A DNA stretch of 64,000 nt from Chrysomallon squamiferum (lineage: Eukaryota; Animalia; Mollusca): NCBI GenBank assembly GCA_012295275.1, contig CM022671.1, positions 14,136,001 through 14,200,000 on the forward strand, given 5' to 3'. Below the pieces are notes generated by a model. That model saw nothing but the letters and a program-made list of their open reading frames with translations. It made no database searches and was not told the DNA's origin. Each line of letters starts with the position of its first letter. The stretch's first letter is position 1. Positions 26,190-37,002 of the stretch are shown one piece after another. The translations under genes were made by a program, and so were the position numbers.

Positions 26190-27900
26190 TTAATCAATGT
26201 CACTAATGTAAAAGCAGTGAGTAGTGAACTATTCAAGAAATCAACAAGAATAGAACATTTGAAATATTGTACAAATTCAATGAAATACGTAAGTCGTTAT
26301 ATAAATCGAAACAATGCAAATCAGTCAAAGGAACACAAACTGTTCTGGTAACAGACCAGTATAGGCCTTTGTTTTCAAATCCTGCGTAAAGAAGGGGTTC
26401 AGAATGGGCGCTTTCAATGTTTTCAACATCCTGTCTTGAAATCATGTATGTGTGTTTGTGCGTGTGTGTATGTGTGGAAAAGAGGCAACCATGAATGTAT
26501 ACGTACGTGCTACAGGAAGCACATAAAACGTACTGAACATCCTATTTTTAAAACGTTGTGTGTGTGTGTGTGTGTCAGAGAGAGTAATAATTATATACAT
26601 ACATACATACACACATACGTAATGACGTGTTCGAACAAGAAGTTTTACACATACACTTGTAACATTTGGACGCACAAAAAACGGAGGGGGGAAGAAATGC
26701 GCAAAAGAATAAAATTAAAAAACATATGCAGGTGTTTGCGAAACGCACATACACACGCAGAGACAAACAAACGGATATACACCAAAACATGTTTTGTTGA
26801 AGAAAAAAAAAATAATCATAATAAATTAAAACTAAACTTGAAACTTTTAAATATTATTAGAATGCCAATAAACAGGTGCCAAGAGAACCAACATCAATAT
26901 GGCCGTTATCCACGAAATGGACAAAGCGACTTAAAAAGAACAATATCTGATTGCTTTGTAAAATAAAGTGGTTCTTTTAAGAAATTGCAGATAAAAAAAA
27001 AACAGATTTGGTTTTAAGCAATAAGTTTAGGCAAAATAAAAAATTAAATTAAAAAAAAAAATGTGTTCCTTAAAGGTCAGTAATGCACTGCTGTGAGATC
27101 TGTCTACATGATCTAACGTTAGAACAGTTCGATAATTATTCGTTTTTGGTGTATAATAGAGTATAAACATTCAAAAGTTCATATATACACATACATAAAC
27201 AAAGACATGCACTCAAAAATAAAATTACAGGCAGATATGAGTGAAAAGCAATTCTCACACATCGGCCAGTTTTTATGTAAGTCTGTCTTAATAACAGAGT
27301 TAACGTCTTTGAAGATTCAACAGCATAGTGACTAACCCACAAGGCTAACGTCTGATACGTCTGAACTAATGAGTAATATTTGAACTAATGGACTGATTGA
27401 CAAATTTCATTTCTTTGTTAACTATTAATACAAAAAATAGGCACTAAATGTTTTAGCTAATCTTTTCCATTCTCAAACTTTCTAAACTGAGTTTTGTATG
27501 CTAAAGAACTACTTTTTGAATTTGCATATAAAATATTTTAAAAATTCGTAAACTGAAAATTACTGCGCGCAGATGTTTATGGAGGTTATTTGTGAACGTC
27601 AGACAAAAATCGTGTAATCATGAATAATAATTTTTTTTTATTTTGGGTATAAACAGTGCACATTTTTTTGTGTGAATTATATGTACAATTTATATATAAT
27701 ATACAAACAGTACTTTTCATATAATTAATTTATTTTTTAATTTAATTATTTATTTATTTTAGTTTATTATTATTTATTTATTTATTTTAATTTATTATTA
27801 TTTATTTTATACATACAGTAAAAATTAATAAACCTTTACTATTTGCTTTATAAATAATTATGAATGTTGTTTTTTTAATATGAAATGGCATTGGAATAGA

Positions 27901-28026
27901 AACATACTTTTGTCTTTCATTGACATCTTTATCTGAATTCCATTATACATTTTAAGCTGTAACATACTTTTGTCTCTCATTGACATCTTTATCTGAACTC
28001 CATTATACATTTTAAGCTGTAACATA
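27901..28026. repeat. 60-bp tandem duplication (2 copies plus a partial)
   Basis: 27901-27960 and 27961-28020 differ at two positions. Confidence 0.95.
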
Positions 28027-28161
28027 TTTTGTAATAAAATGTACCATTCAGTAACACTAAACGTTTTTTCCTTCACAGTAAATAAATAAATATATTTGTA
28101 AAAATTATATTCGTGTTAATCTCTTTCTACTGTATCTAAACCTTGATAATTACATCCATAT

Positions 28162-28764
28162 TCAATCTATCCTTAACACGTTTTGCATATGCTGTTTTTT
28201 TTCTAGTGTTGCCCCATCAAGCATCAGTGCTCTTTTTAGTATCTTCCGTCCAAGTAAAACGCTATTTTGAGATACACTTATTTCATCTGAACTTCTAAGT
28301 AACCGTTGAGCGTAGGAGACACCTTCAATGATGCTGTCAGATGCTATATCTGATGCAATTTTATTAATCATATCCATAACATAATCATCATCCAGTTTCT
28401 CTCTGTGCATAACACTCCAGCCCAGGTTAGCTGCCTTTTGCAGACGCTGTTGTTTCTTTTCCGGTGTGACGTTGTCAAATACGAGTGATCTTTTTAATTT
28501 CTTCTGATCAAGCAGATTTCCATTTATTGGTTCTTCAAAGATTTTCTCCAAAGGTGTTTTCTGAAGCATCTTGGTGAATTTGTTTCTGTATAGTTCTTCT
28601 ACAGTTTCCTCATTCTTCTGATATTTTCTATTGTGTTCAATATGCTCGTCTGACAATTCGATCATAATTTGATTGTCGTCACTGCTAATATTTGCATTAG
28701 TACAATTCATGTTTGTTCTAATGGCTTCAACAGAATTGTATCTTTTCACAGTTTTAAATTTCAT
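28162..28764 (-). CDS. Intronless 200-aa protein with a Tantalus-like (PRR14/PRR14L-type) motif
   Basis: Longest ORF in the supplied track. ETVEELYRNKF..TPLEKIFEEP..KKLKRSLVF matches the recalled Tantalus pattern (SLEEIYTNKNY..LETIFEEP..RKLRRAVEF). AATAAA-type signals lie downstream on the - strand (~27720-27850). Confidence 0.65.
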   Translation of the reverse strand: MKFKTVKRYNSVEAIRTNMNCTNANISSDDNQIMIELSDEHIEHNRKYQKNEETVEELYRNKFTKMLQKTPLEKIFEEPINGNLLDQKKLKRSLVFDNVTPEKKQQRLQKAANLGWSVMHREKLDDDYVMDMINKIASDIASDSIIEGVSYAQRLLRSSDEISVSQNSVLLGRKILKRALMLDGATLEKKQHMQNVLRID

Positions 28765-28959
28765 CAGATTCTCAGAGTGCCTTTGTGACTTGTAAATGCA
28801 CGAAAGGGCTTAAGGAATTCTATCAAATGCTCTTTCAAATGCAGTTTTATAAATCACATCATCATAATCCAACTTCTCTCCATAAATACGCCCAACCCAG
28901 TTTATATGCAGACGTAGTTTTTTGACTGACCGTATCAGATACACGATGTAACAATGTAA

Positions 28960-29080
28960 AGTAAATTACGAATGACGTATGCAAATTACGTTTTATGCGG
29001 AAGTGATGTGACAGTTTTAAATTAAAATTTTAAATTATTATTTTTTTTTTTATTCTTTCACACGTTAAATGCACGTCAAA
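28960..29080. promoter_or_regulatory. Candidate promoter of the Tantalus-like ORF: CRE-like TGACGT (28973), octamer ATGCAAAT (28979-28986), ETS-like GCGGAAGTG (28997-29005)
   Basis: Clustered motifs and CpGs about 200-300 bp upstream of the ATG. Confidence 0.4.
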
Positions 29081-29284
29081 TATATAATAAATAAATAATA
29101 TTAAAATAAAATAAAAATAAAATAAACGTTCAGGAATGTTTAATTTCGTGACCTGTATTTTAAAAAAAATTCAACTCTCATATCATTGTATTACGTCATT
29201 TTATGTCATTTTGAATTTATCGAAATATTTTATGTATGAATTCAGCCATTTAAATACGAATACACCAATATGCTCATATTTCAT

Positions 29285-29422
29285 AGTGACAGGGGAGGGA
29301 GAGGGAGAGGCATAAGATTAGATTCAGAGGTAGGTTTAGGGTTAGAGTTAGGGTTAGGGTAAGAGTTTCGATGAAGGGCAAGGTTAGCCTGAGGATTACT
29401 GCTAGAGATATGGAATTGGGTT

Positions 29423-29502
<80 letters not shown>
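29285..29502. repeat. Repeat remnant with degenerate GGTTAG units followed by (GA)n (29426-29502)
   Basis: ggtttagggttagagttagggttagggtaag..gaattgggttgtc then (GA)n. Style resembles invertebrate Helentron/HINE-like non-autonomous elements (inference). Confidence 0.55.
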
Positions 29503-29505
<3 letters not shown>

Positions 29506-29797
29506 ATACATGATGCTTAGCACGGTAGATAGCAGCATTTCTTCCTTCTTTCCAATGCTCAACTTGTTTTTGTTTTGACCTGAATTTTTTAAAACCATTT
29601 TTATTTTTTTAATTTTTTTTTATTACTGAAAAAAATGCTGACCATTATCAGCAATATCTTTTTTTCTAATATATACATACATAAACACACATAAACATAT
29701 ATAGATTATATAGAAACTTTTTAAAAACTATTAATTTATTTTTAATTTATTTGTATTGTTACTGTTGCTATTGTCCTTATCATAATCATCATTATAT

Positions 29798-29834
29798 TAT
29801 CATCATCATCGTCACATCATCATCATCATCATTA

Positions 29835-29885
<51 letters not shown>
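29798..29885. repeat. (CAT)n/(TTA)n trinucleotide microsatellite
   Basis: Direct reading. Confidence 0.9.
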
Positions 29886-29886
<1 letters not shown>

Positions 29887-31880
29887 GAAAGGTTAAATGA
29901 ACGGAAAGGGAAAGCAGCTAACAAAAAACCAGCTTCTAAGAATCCTGGCGTTGATACTGGAAATAAGAATGACCCAGTTCGTCTGGTTCTAAAACTATTC
30001 AAAGGAGACGAATGACGCCTCGATAATCCAGCATTTGAACACGATATATAAATCAAGTAAAAAAAACGATCAAACATATCAGTTTGTCATATATATTAAA
30101 TAATAATAATAATAATAATAATAACAACAACAACAATGACAATAACAACAACAACAACAACAACAGTAATAATAATGATAAATAAATAAATAAATAATAA
30201 AACAAACTGACCGGAAATTATTATTGTGATGTGAATATTCAGATCTTTTACACGACACTGAGTAACCTAGTGTTCTCTATAAATCAGTGTTGCAATGTTC
30301 TTTTCCTTCACTCCTGATCGTTGTTATTTTTCAAAAATATGTTCGAAAAGACCAAAAAAAAAACAACAAAAAAATTCGAGAAAAAAAAAAAAAAAAAAAA
30401 AAAAAATTAAAAAATTAAAAATTAAAAAAAAAAAAAATTAGAAATAACTAAATCTTCAATCATTTAACTGGGTTATAATTTTGTTATTTTAGTTTTTATC
30501 TTTTATGTATGCTTCCACTGTTATAATTAAAAGGGCTAAGTGCTGAATTCCTTAATTGGGCCGACACAGCTAAATATATATTTCTAAATATCCTACGCAT
30601 GCCCGATATAACTGCACAATTACTGCTCGTTGTACTGACATACAAACTTTACGAATATAAATTCTAGATGAAATAATTTTCCGGATGAATTGTTAAATTA
30701 CAAAGATTCTTTCGATATACTGACAAAATAAGTAGCACGGTATTTTAATGTCGGAACTGGAAAGTTTCGAGCTTCAATTTAAGATTTAAAAATAGCATTA
30801 CAGCGACATTATAGGAGTTGTTTATCACTGAATTTGCTGGGATATCTTGTCCTACTGCAGTCAAGAAGCAAAGACACAGCTTAAAGTCCCTGATTCACAT
30901 ATACAAGACTATTTCAATGCAAGTTAAACCTATACAATAAATACTGGTGACATTAATCAGAATTAATTTTTATCCTTTTAACAAGAACAAATACGCTCTT
31001 TTTACCCCTTTTTCAGGATATTAATACCTTTCTTTCTGTTAGGTTTTATAAAAATATATTGTGAAAGAACCAAATTATGAAAATACTTAACAGAATGGTC
31101 AAACGTGTCCAGATAAGGGGTTACACACAAAAAAACGACATTACTGACTTTCAAAATTAAATATCTCTTTACTGCGGGGGGAGGTATTTCAATACCCAGA
31201 AAATATTTTTAATATGCCTATTCTTAGAAAAATAGCTTTTTAATATAATATCATAACAATCATTTTCCGCATAAAAATAAGAAAAACAATAAACTATTTT
31301 ACTACTACTAATAATAATAAACAAAATAACAAAAATAACAAACGAAAGAATATTAAGAGTCTCTCTTTGTTCCTTATCTAAACAGGAAAATATGGCTTTG
31401 TAAAATATCGGAGTGAATAAAACATTTTTTATGATTTTTCTATAAAAACAAATAGCAAAAATAACAAAATTAAAAACAACCAAAACACACTAAACATGAA
31501 TACCAAATAAGTGTTTACAGTTTCGAATAAACGTTGAAAATTAATTAAACTCATTATGAAAATCGATTCGTAAAAAAGTCTCAAACTCAAAAGCTATTCA
31601 AAACGAGAGAGAAATGGTTAAAACGGAAAGGGTCCGATGAAAATATTTTTGTGCCTGAAAACAGACAAGTAACGGCATATTGTTATAAAAGGCATAGGAA
31701 GAACGATCAGGAATTTCGTCTGTGTGTCTGTTATACATGTTTATGCAGTTGATTTTGCAAGAGTTAGGATCGAATGTCCGGAATGGGTCCGTTGAACTCT
31801 ATATTTTTATATGTTTTTATATGTAGGTGCATTTATTTATTTATTTTATTTTATTTTATTTTTTATTTTTTATTTTTTAT

Positions 31881-32017
31881 TTTTTTGACAGGGCATCCGT
31901 GACTTTGTTAGAAGGCAATTTTACTTGACACAGTAGTCCGTTATATTTTTTATTTTTTTGACAGGGCATCCGTGACTTTGTTAGAAGGCAATTTTACTTG
32001 ACACAGTAGTCCGTTAT
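31881..32017. repeat. Direct duplication of ~63 bp (period ~73)
   Basis: ttttttgacagggcatccgtgactttgttagaaggcaattttacttgacacagtagtccgttata occurs twice, separated by a T-rich spacer. Confidence 0.93.
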
Positions 32018-32465
32018 ACTGTCGCGGTGAGCCCTTGTCTGCGAGGCCGATCTGGAAGCAACTGGTCCAACTGGCTTATTGCCTGCTCGGGTGATGTCAA
32101 CTTGGACAACTATTCTTACTGAAATTGTTAATTTCTTTCTTTAAAACATCTAAGCTAGATCCATTAAAAAAATCGGTGCCTATTAGTTGCACACTATTAT
32201 CGCCTAAGTAAGTTTTATTTATTTTCACTACAAAATGCAAATTACAGTTCTCTGCAACTAGAAAATAAAATTATTTTTTTATTTTTGCTGTTGTACGGAA
32301 GTTAGTCAACACTTAAGAAGAAAGATCTTAAAATAAAATTTACTTAAAACGAAATTATTACAGAGCAAACACATATAACATTTGGAAAGTTGTCTGCGTA
32401 AGATAGGATGTGAGAAAGATCCATGGGAATGACTCAACTCAGAGAGAGAATAAAAGATAAACAGA

Positions 32466-32470
<5 letters not shown>

Positions 32471-32524
<54 letters not shown>
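32471..32524. repeat. (GA)n microsatellite
   Basis: Direct reading. Confidence 0.95.
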
Positions 32525-32528
<4 letters not shown>

Positions 32529-32987
32529 TAATGGAGATGGTTGCCTGCTTTGTTCTCTCTCCTACTTTATTAATGTGATTTCTGACATAATTTTATAATA
32601 CCATTCTGTTCAATATCGCTGTCTTCGAAGACTTTAAAATTTGAAAGTATGACAGGAATGTTTCGATTTATTAAAGCAAATTGTTCTGAGCGACGGATCT
32701 GCGTACATCCGATTTCCGATTACTGCTAATTTATCACGACGTGAAAACGTCAGATTCATCACAAGTAGACACTGCACAATTTCCTGTTACTAATATGACC
32801 TCTACATTCCAGACAGCATTCTTTAAAATTAAAATAATATTTTTTAAAATTGAAATCTGTAATTTCTAAAAACCTAGCAATACCTTCTAACTGCTTAACG
32901 CTAAAGTGAAGCCAGAGAACATTTCCAGCGAATTTTTAGAACCGTTATGTCAAAGAGTTATCGGTTGGTTAACAGAACAATTAGAGA

Positions 32988-33210
32988 CAGTAGCGTGTAG
33001 AGGGGGTGGCCGAAGTCGCGGCAATCCCGTACATTCAAATGGGGGTACCCATCCAATCAGAGAAAATAACTTAATAAATTTGGTTGAAATGTATTTAAAT
33101 CGAATAAAGTGTTAATTTTACGTTTCATCTGTGCTTACATATACAAAATATCTTCCTTTCTCATAATACTTCTCAGTGCTAGGCCTCATACTTGAGTCTG
33201 CACGCCACTG
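32988..33210. mobile_element. 223-bp MITE with 14-bp hAT-style terminal inverted repeats
   Basis: CAGTAGCGTGTAGA (32988-33001) versus TCTGCACGCCACTG (33197-33210; reverse complement CAGTGGCGTGCAGA), 12/14 identical. No intact 8-bp target-site duplication. Confidence 0.65.
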
Positions 33211-33657
33211 ATCAAGTATTTGCTGTTGTTTTTGTTTTTTTCCTTTTCAGTTCCAGCATTAATATGTAATAACCAGAAGTCATATCTACGCCGAATAAAA
33301 AATAAATAAACACTAAGAAAGAATAAAATAAAAAGTGAAAAGCGTGCAAACTCTGTAGTGCAAAGGCATTGATTTTTTTTTTCTCACATGCATTGTGATG
33401 TAAAAAAATATTATATATCTGACATTTTATTTTTGATACAGTTTTGAAACACATATACTTTATTTTATAATGAAAGCGAATATGTTTATATCTTAGAAAC
33501 TATTATTGACACTGGGAACTATTTGTTTGAAAGAACTGACGTGCGATAAATTGTTCGCTGGAGTTATCGTTCGCGTATTAAAGAGCGACTGGAATTGTTC
33601 TCTGCTTCGTTTCATTCAATGTGCTATTGTAGTAACATGCAAACTGTTTGACGCGAA

Positions 33658-35444
33658 ATGGCAAATTCTGTTTCTCCTCCCAGGTCCTTTGTGGAAGATG
33701 AGACATTTAACGACGAAATAGAGAGTTCGGATTTAGAGGAGGAGCAGGATGGATTTGTGAATGCATCGGATGAAGGTTTATTACTCATTTAATATTTTGT
33801 ATTTATTTGTGAGGGGATTTCTCATTTAAGGGAGATAATTAGTATCTGCAACATTTTACATATTTCAGTTATAAAAAAAGACGATTTTGACTTTGTATCT
33901 TATTAATATTGGTGTACACATACAAATATGAGTTATTTATTTGATAATAATATAAATCCTGTATACAGTTTTGGTAATTTTACATTTAAATCTAAATTTA
34001 GATCCATTTGCTATGTCTAGCTGTTGACTCCCGCTCTTATCTGACATTTCTTAACTGTATGTGTCTAATGACAGGATAATGAAATATATGTTTAGCGCAT
34101 CGTTAAATAAAACATATCATCTTTGGAAAAAGGCCACAATCATGTGACTTTTGATTTATCTTAAGCAAGTTACGCTAAACTTTTATTATGTTATCCTTTT
34201 TTGCTATAGCACTTTTAGCAGTATTATGTATATGATTATCATTATGATTATATCACCAAAACCAATGAAAAATGATTATTACGTTGTATGACAGATACTC
34301 TACTTCTTAATTCATAATGTAAGTAGAGAAACATTTAATCAACATGGAGAAATTCTTAAGTAAAAAATATTTTAAATAAATATATTTTTTAATTAGTTTT
34401 ATAGATTTATAAGATATTTTCATTAAGATACATTTTAATTTTTTTTTACTGAAATAGATATTATTATTTTATTTAACTCATTCTTTGTTAAAATATATAT
34501 ATTAGACACTGAAGATGCTAGTGAAACAGAGGAGAAAAGAGAACCTGTTTCTTCTAATCAACCAAGAACCGAAATAAAAGAGCAGTGAGTCAATGTACTT
34601 TCTTTTTGCATCTTATCTTTTAAAGCTCATATAACTCTTTGCACACACACACACACACACACAGGCACACACAAACACAGTCACACACAAACACAGTCAG
34701 TCTCTGCATACAGATTTCTATAAAGAGAATCTTTGCTGATGTACGTTTTAGTGTATCTACGATTTACCTCAGATGTCTCTTTTCCATTGAATTTCTAGAT
34801 TATTATTATTATTGTGAACAGAATGTATCAAGATAAACTGGCCCATCTGAAGAAACAATTACAAATGCTGCAAAATGGAGTACTGCCAGAATACATCAAA
34901 AGGAATAAGAAAATTGACCAGCAGTATCGAGAACGTCTGCGGATGAATGAAATTTGGCGTGATTTAGAGGTACTTGTTTTCATATTATTGTTAAATACCT
35001 CAGTTAATCATAGCTACCATCTATCAACTATGATATCGCTTTAAAAGTCATTTTAAAAGATATAACACTGCAGTAATAAAATTATTCTTATATTAAGTCA
35101 TTACTTGATAAACTTTTATAATTGCAGTTGGAAATGGTTGAAAGAGATTACATCAAAGAAAAGAAAAGTGCTGCTAAGGATTTTGAGGTATGGTTTTATT
35201 TAACAGTTGACAAAAATTAAACTGTTTTTGAAAAAAAATATTTATTAAAAATATTTGAAATTTGAAAAAAAACAAAAACTTTTGTTTTATTATTGCAAAC
35301 TCTAAATCTGTTTCAATTTCAGGAGAAAAAAATTGACTTGAAAGACAGTTTGATTGCTGAACTGGAAGAAAAGAAACGCATAATTGAAAATGAAAGAATG
35401 TCAATGGATTTAAATGGAGGTTTAAAAATTAATTTTGACTTTAT

Positions 35445-35481
<37 letters not shown>

Positions 35482-36946
35482 GAGCCACTAACACCCACCA
35501 CCATTTCCAAAATGTATTAATATAATTATTGAAAAAAGAAAAATACGTATTATTAATACATTTGTATGATGTATAAATTTATTTTTGCTAACATTTAGGT
35601 GTGCTTGATTTCATGGAGGTGAAACCAATCAATACTCGAAAACTTCGTCGACGTCCCAATGAGCCTTTGCCACTTCCAGAGAAACGGCGTAAACCCTCTC
35701 CAGATATCCTCTATATCCCACATTACAAACACTGGGATATTTCTTTTCATTACATTAACTATCATCTAGTTGCTTTCTGCTTAACAAATCACCTAGCAGT
35801 ATATGAATCAACTACTGAAAAAGCAGTCATTTGTTGCAATCATTTTTAATTAATATTAATAATATTTTTTTGTTAACATGGGTAATTTTAAATGTTGTAT
35901 TTTTTCTGTCAGTATTACACTTTTCATCTACTTTTAAATTGTTTAATTTATATCTCTTTTTTTTTCATGCTTATATATGCATAATATAGTTTTTCATCTT
36001 TCATCATCATTCTTTATATATAAAACATGATTAAAATAAAATTATTTAATTACCTTATCATGATTGAATTAAAGGTGGTTATTAAATTTAAAAAAAAAAA
36101 GAAAAACCCATTTTTGATATATTTGTTTTATTTATAAACCACTGAGGGTTTTTTTTAATTCTAATTAACAAGGAAAACTACTGACAATATCTCAATATTT
36201 TATTGTTTAAATCCTTAACTGTAAGAACCTCAGATAAATTTTGTTCTGATGAAAATGAGATTAATGAAGATCTGCGAATCATTAACAAAGTAAGTGGCAG
36301 ACCATTTCAGAAGAAGGTGACTCCACCCCCAGCCACCATTGATTGTGTTTCAGATGTCAAGATAGAGGATGGAAAACTGTTTTATGACAAGCGATGGTAA
36401 GCATTTTGCAGAAGATAAATGTTTTAGATTTAAAAAAGTAAAATGATGTATATGTATTAGCTTTCTAAAATTACAGCGATAACCAAATGTATTTAAACAG
36501 CAATTTCCTAGTGTTGTAGTAATTTAGTATGGTTTCATGGTTTCTAATAATAAAAATATTCTTTGGTAGTAATAGCAATCTAAAGTTATTTTGCATTATT
36601 TTAAATAATTAAAGCAGATACTATATTAAAAAGTTGTGATTTTTTTCTTTTAAACTATTAGTATAAATATGGAACAATGAAGCAGTATTAATTCCAGATA
36701 TTTGTAAAAGAAAAATGAGAAATTGTTGAATTTAGGTTTCACAGAAATCAGCCCATCCATGTTGAGTCAAAAGAAGGAGGAAAGATCAGTGGAGTTATTA
36801 CTGGAGTTGGGTCTCAAGAGGTAGGTCACATTCACACATACTTTGTTAAAACATTCAGTACATGATTCTGTGTGCATAATATAGCTTTTCATCATGTCTC
36901 TATATGGTTATAAACATATTGAAAAAAAAAGATACTGTTGGTTTTA

Positions 36947-37002
<56 letters not shown>

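Noticed and set aside
26436-26966. 176-aa ORF and overlapping ORFs
   Set aside because: TTG start, built largely from GT/CA/TACA microsatellites, no recognisable domain.
29330-29362. Telomeric TTAGGG array
   Set aside because: Only a few degenerate units inside a repeat remnant.
30660-30885. Possible transposase relic (NNFPDELLNYKDSFDILTK..)
   Set aside because: Several stops and no catalytic motif recognised.
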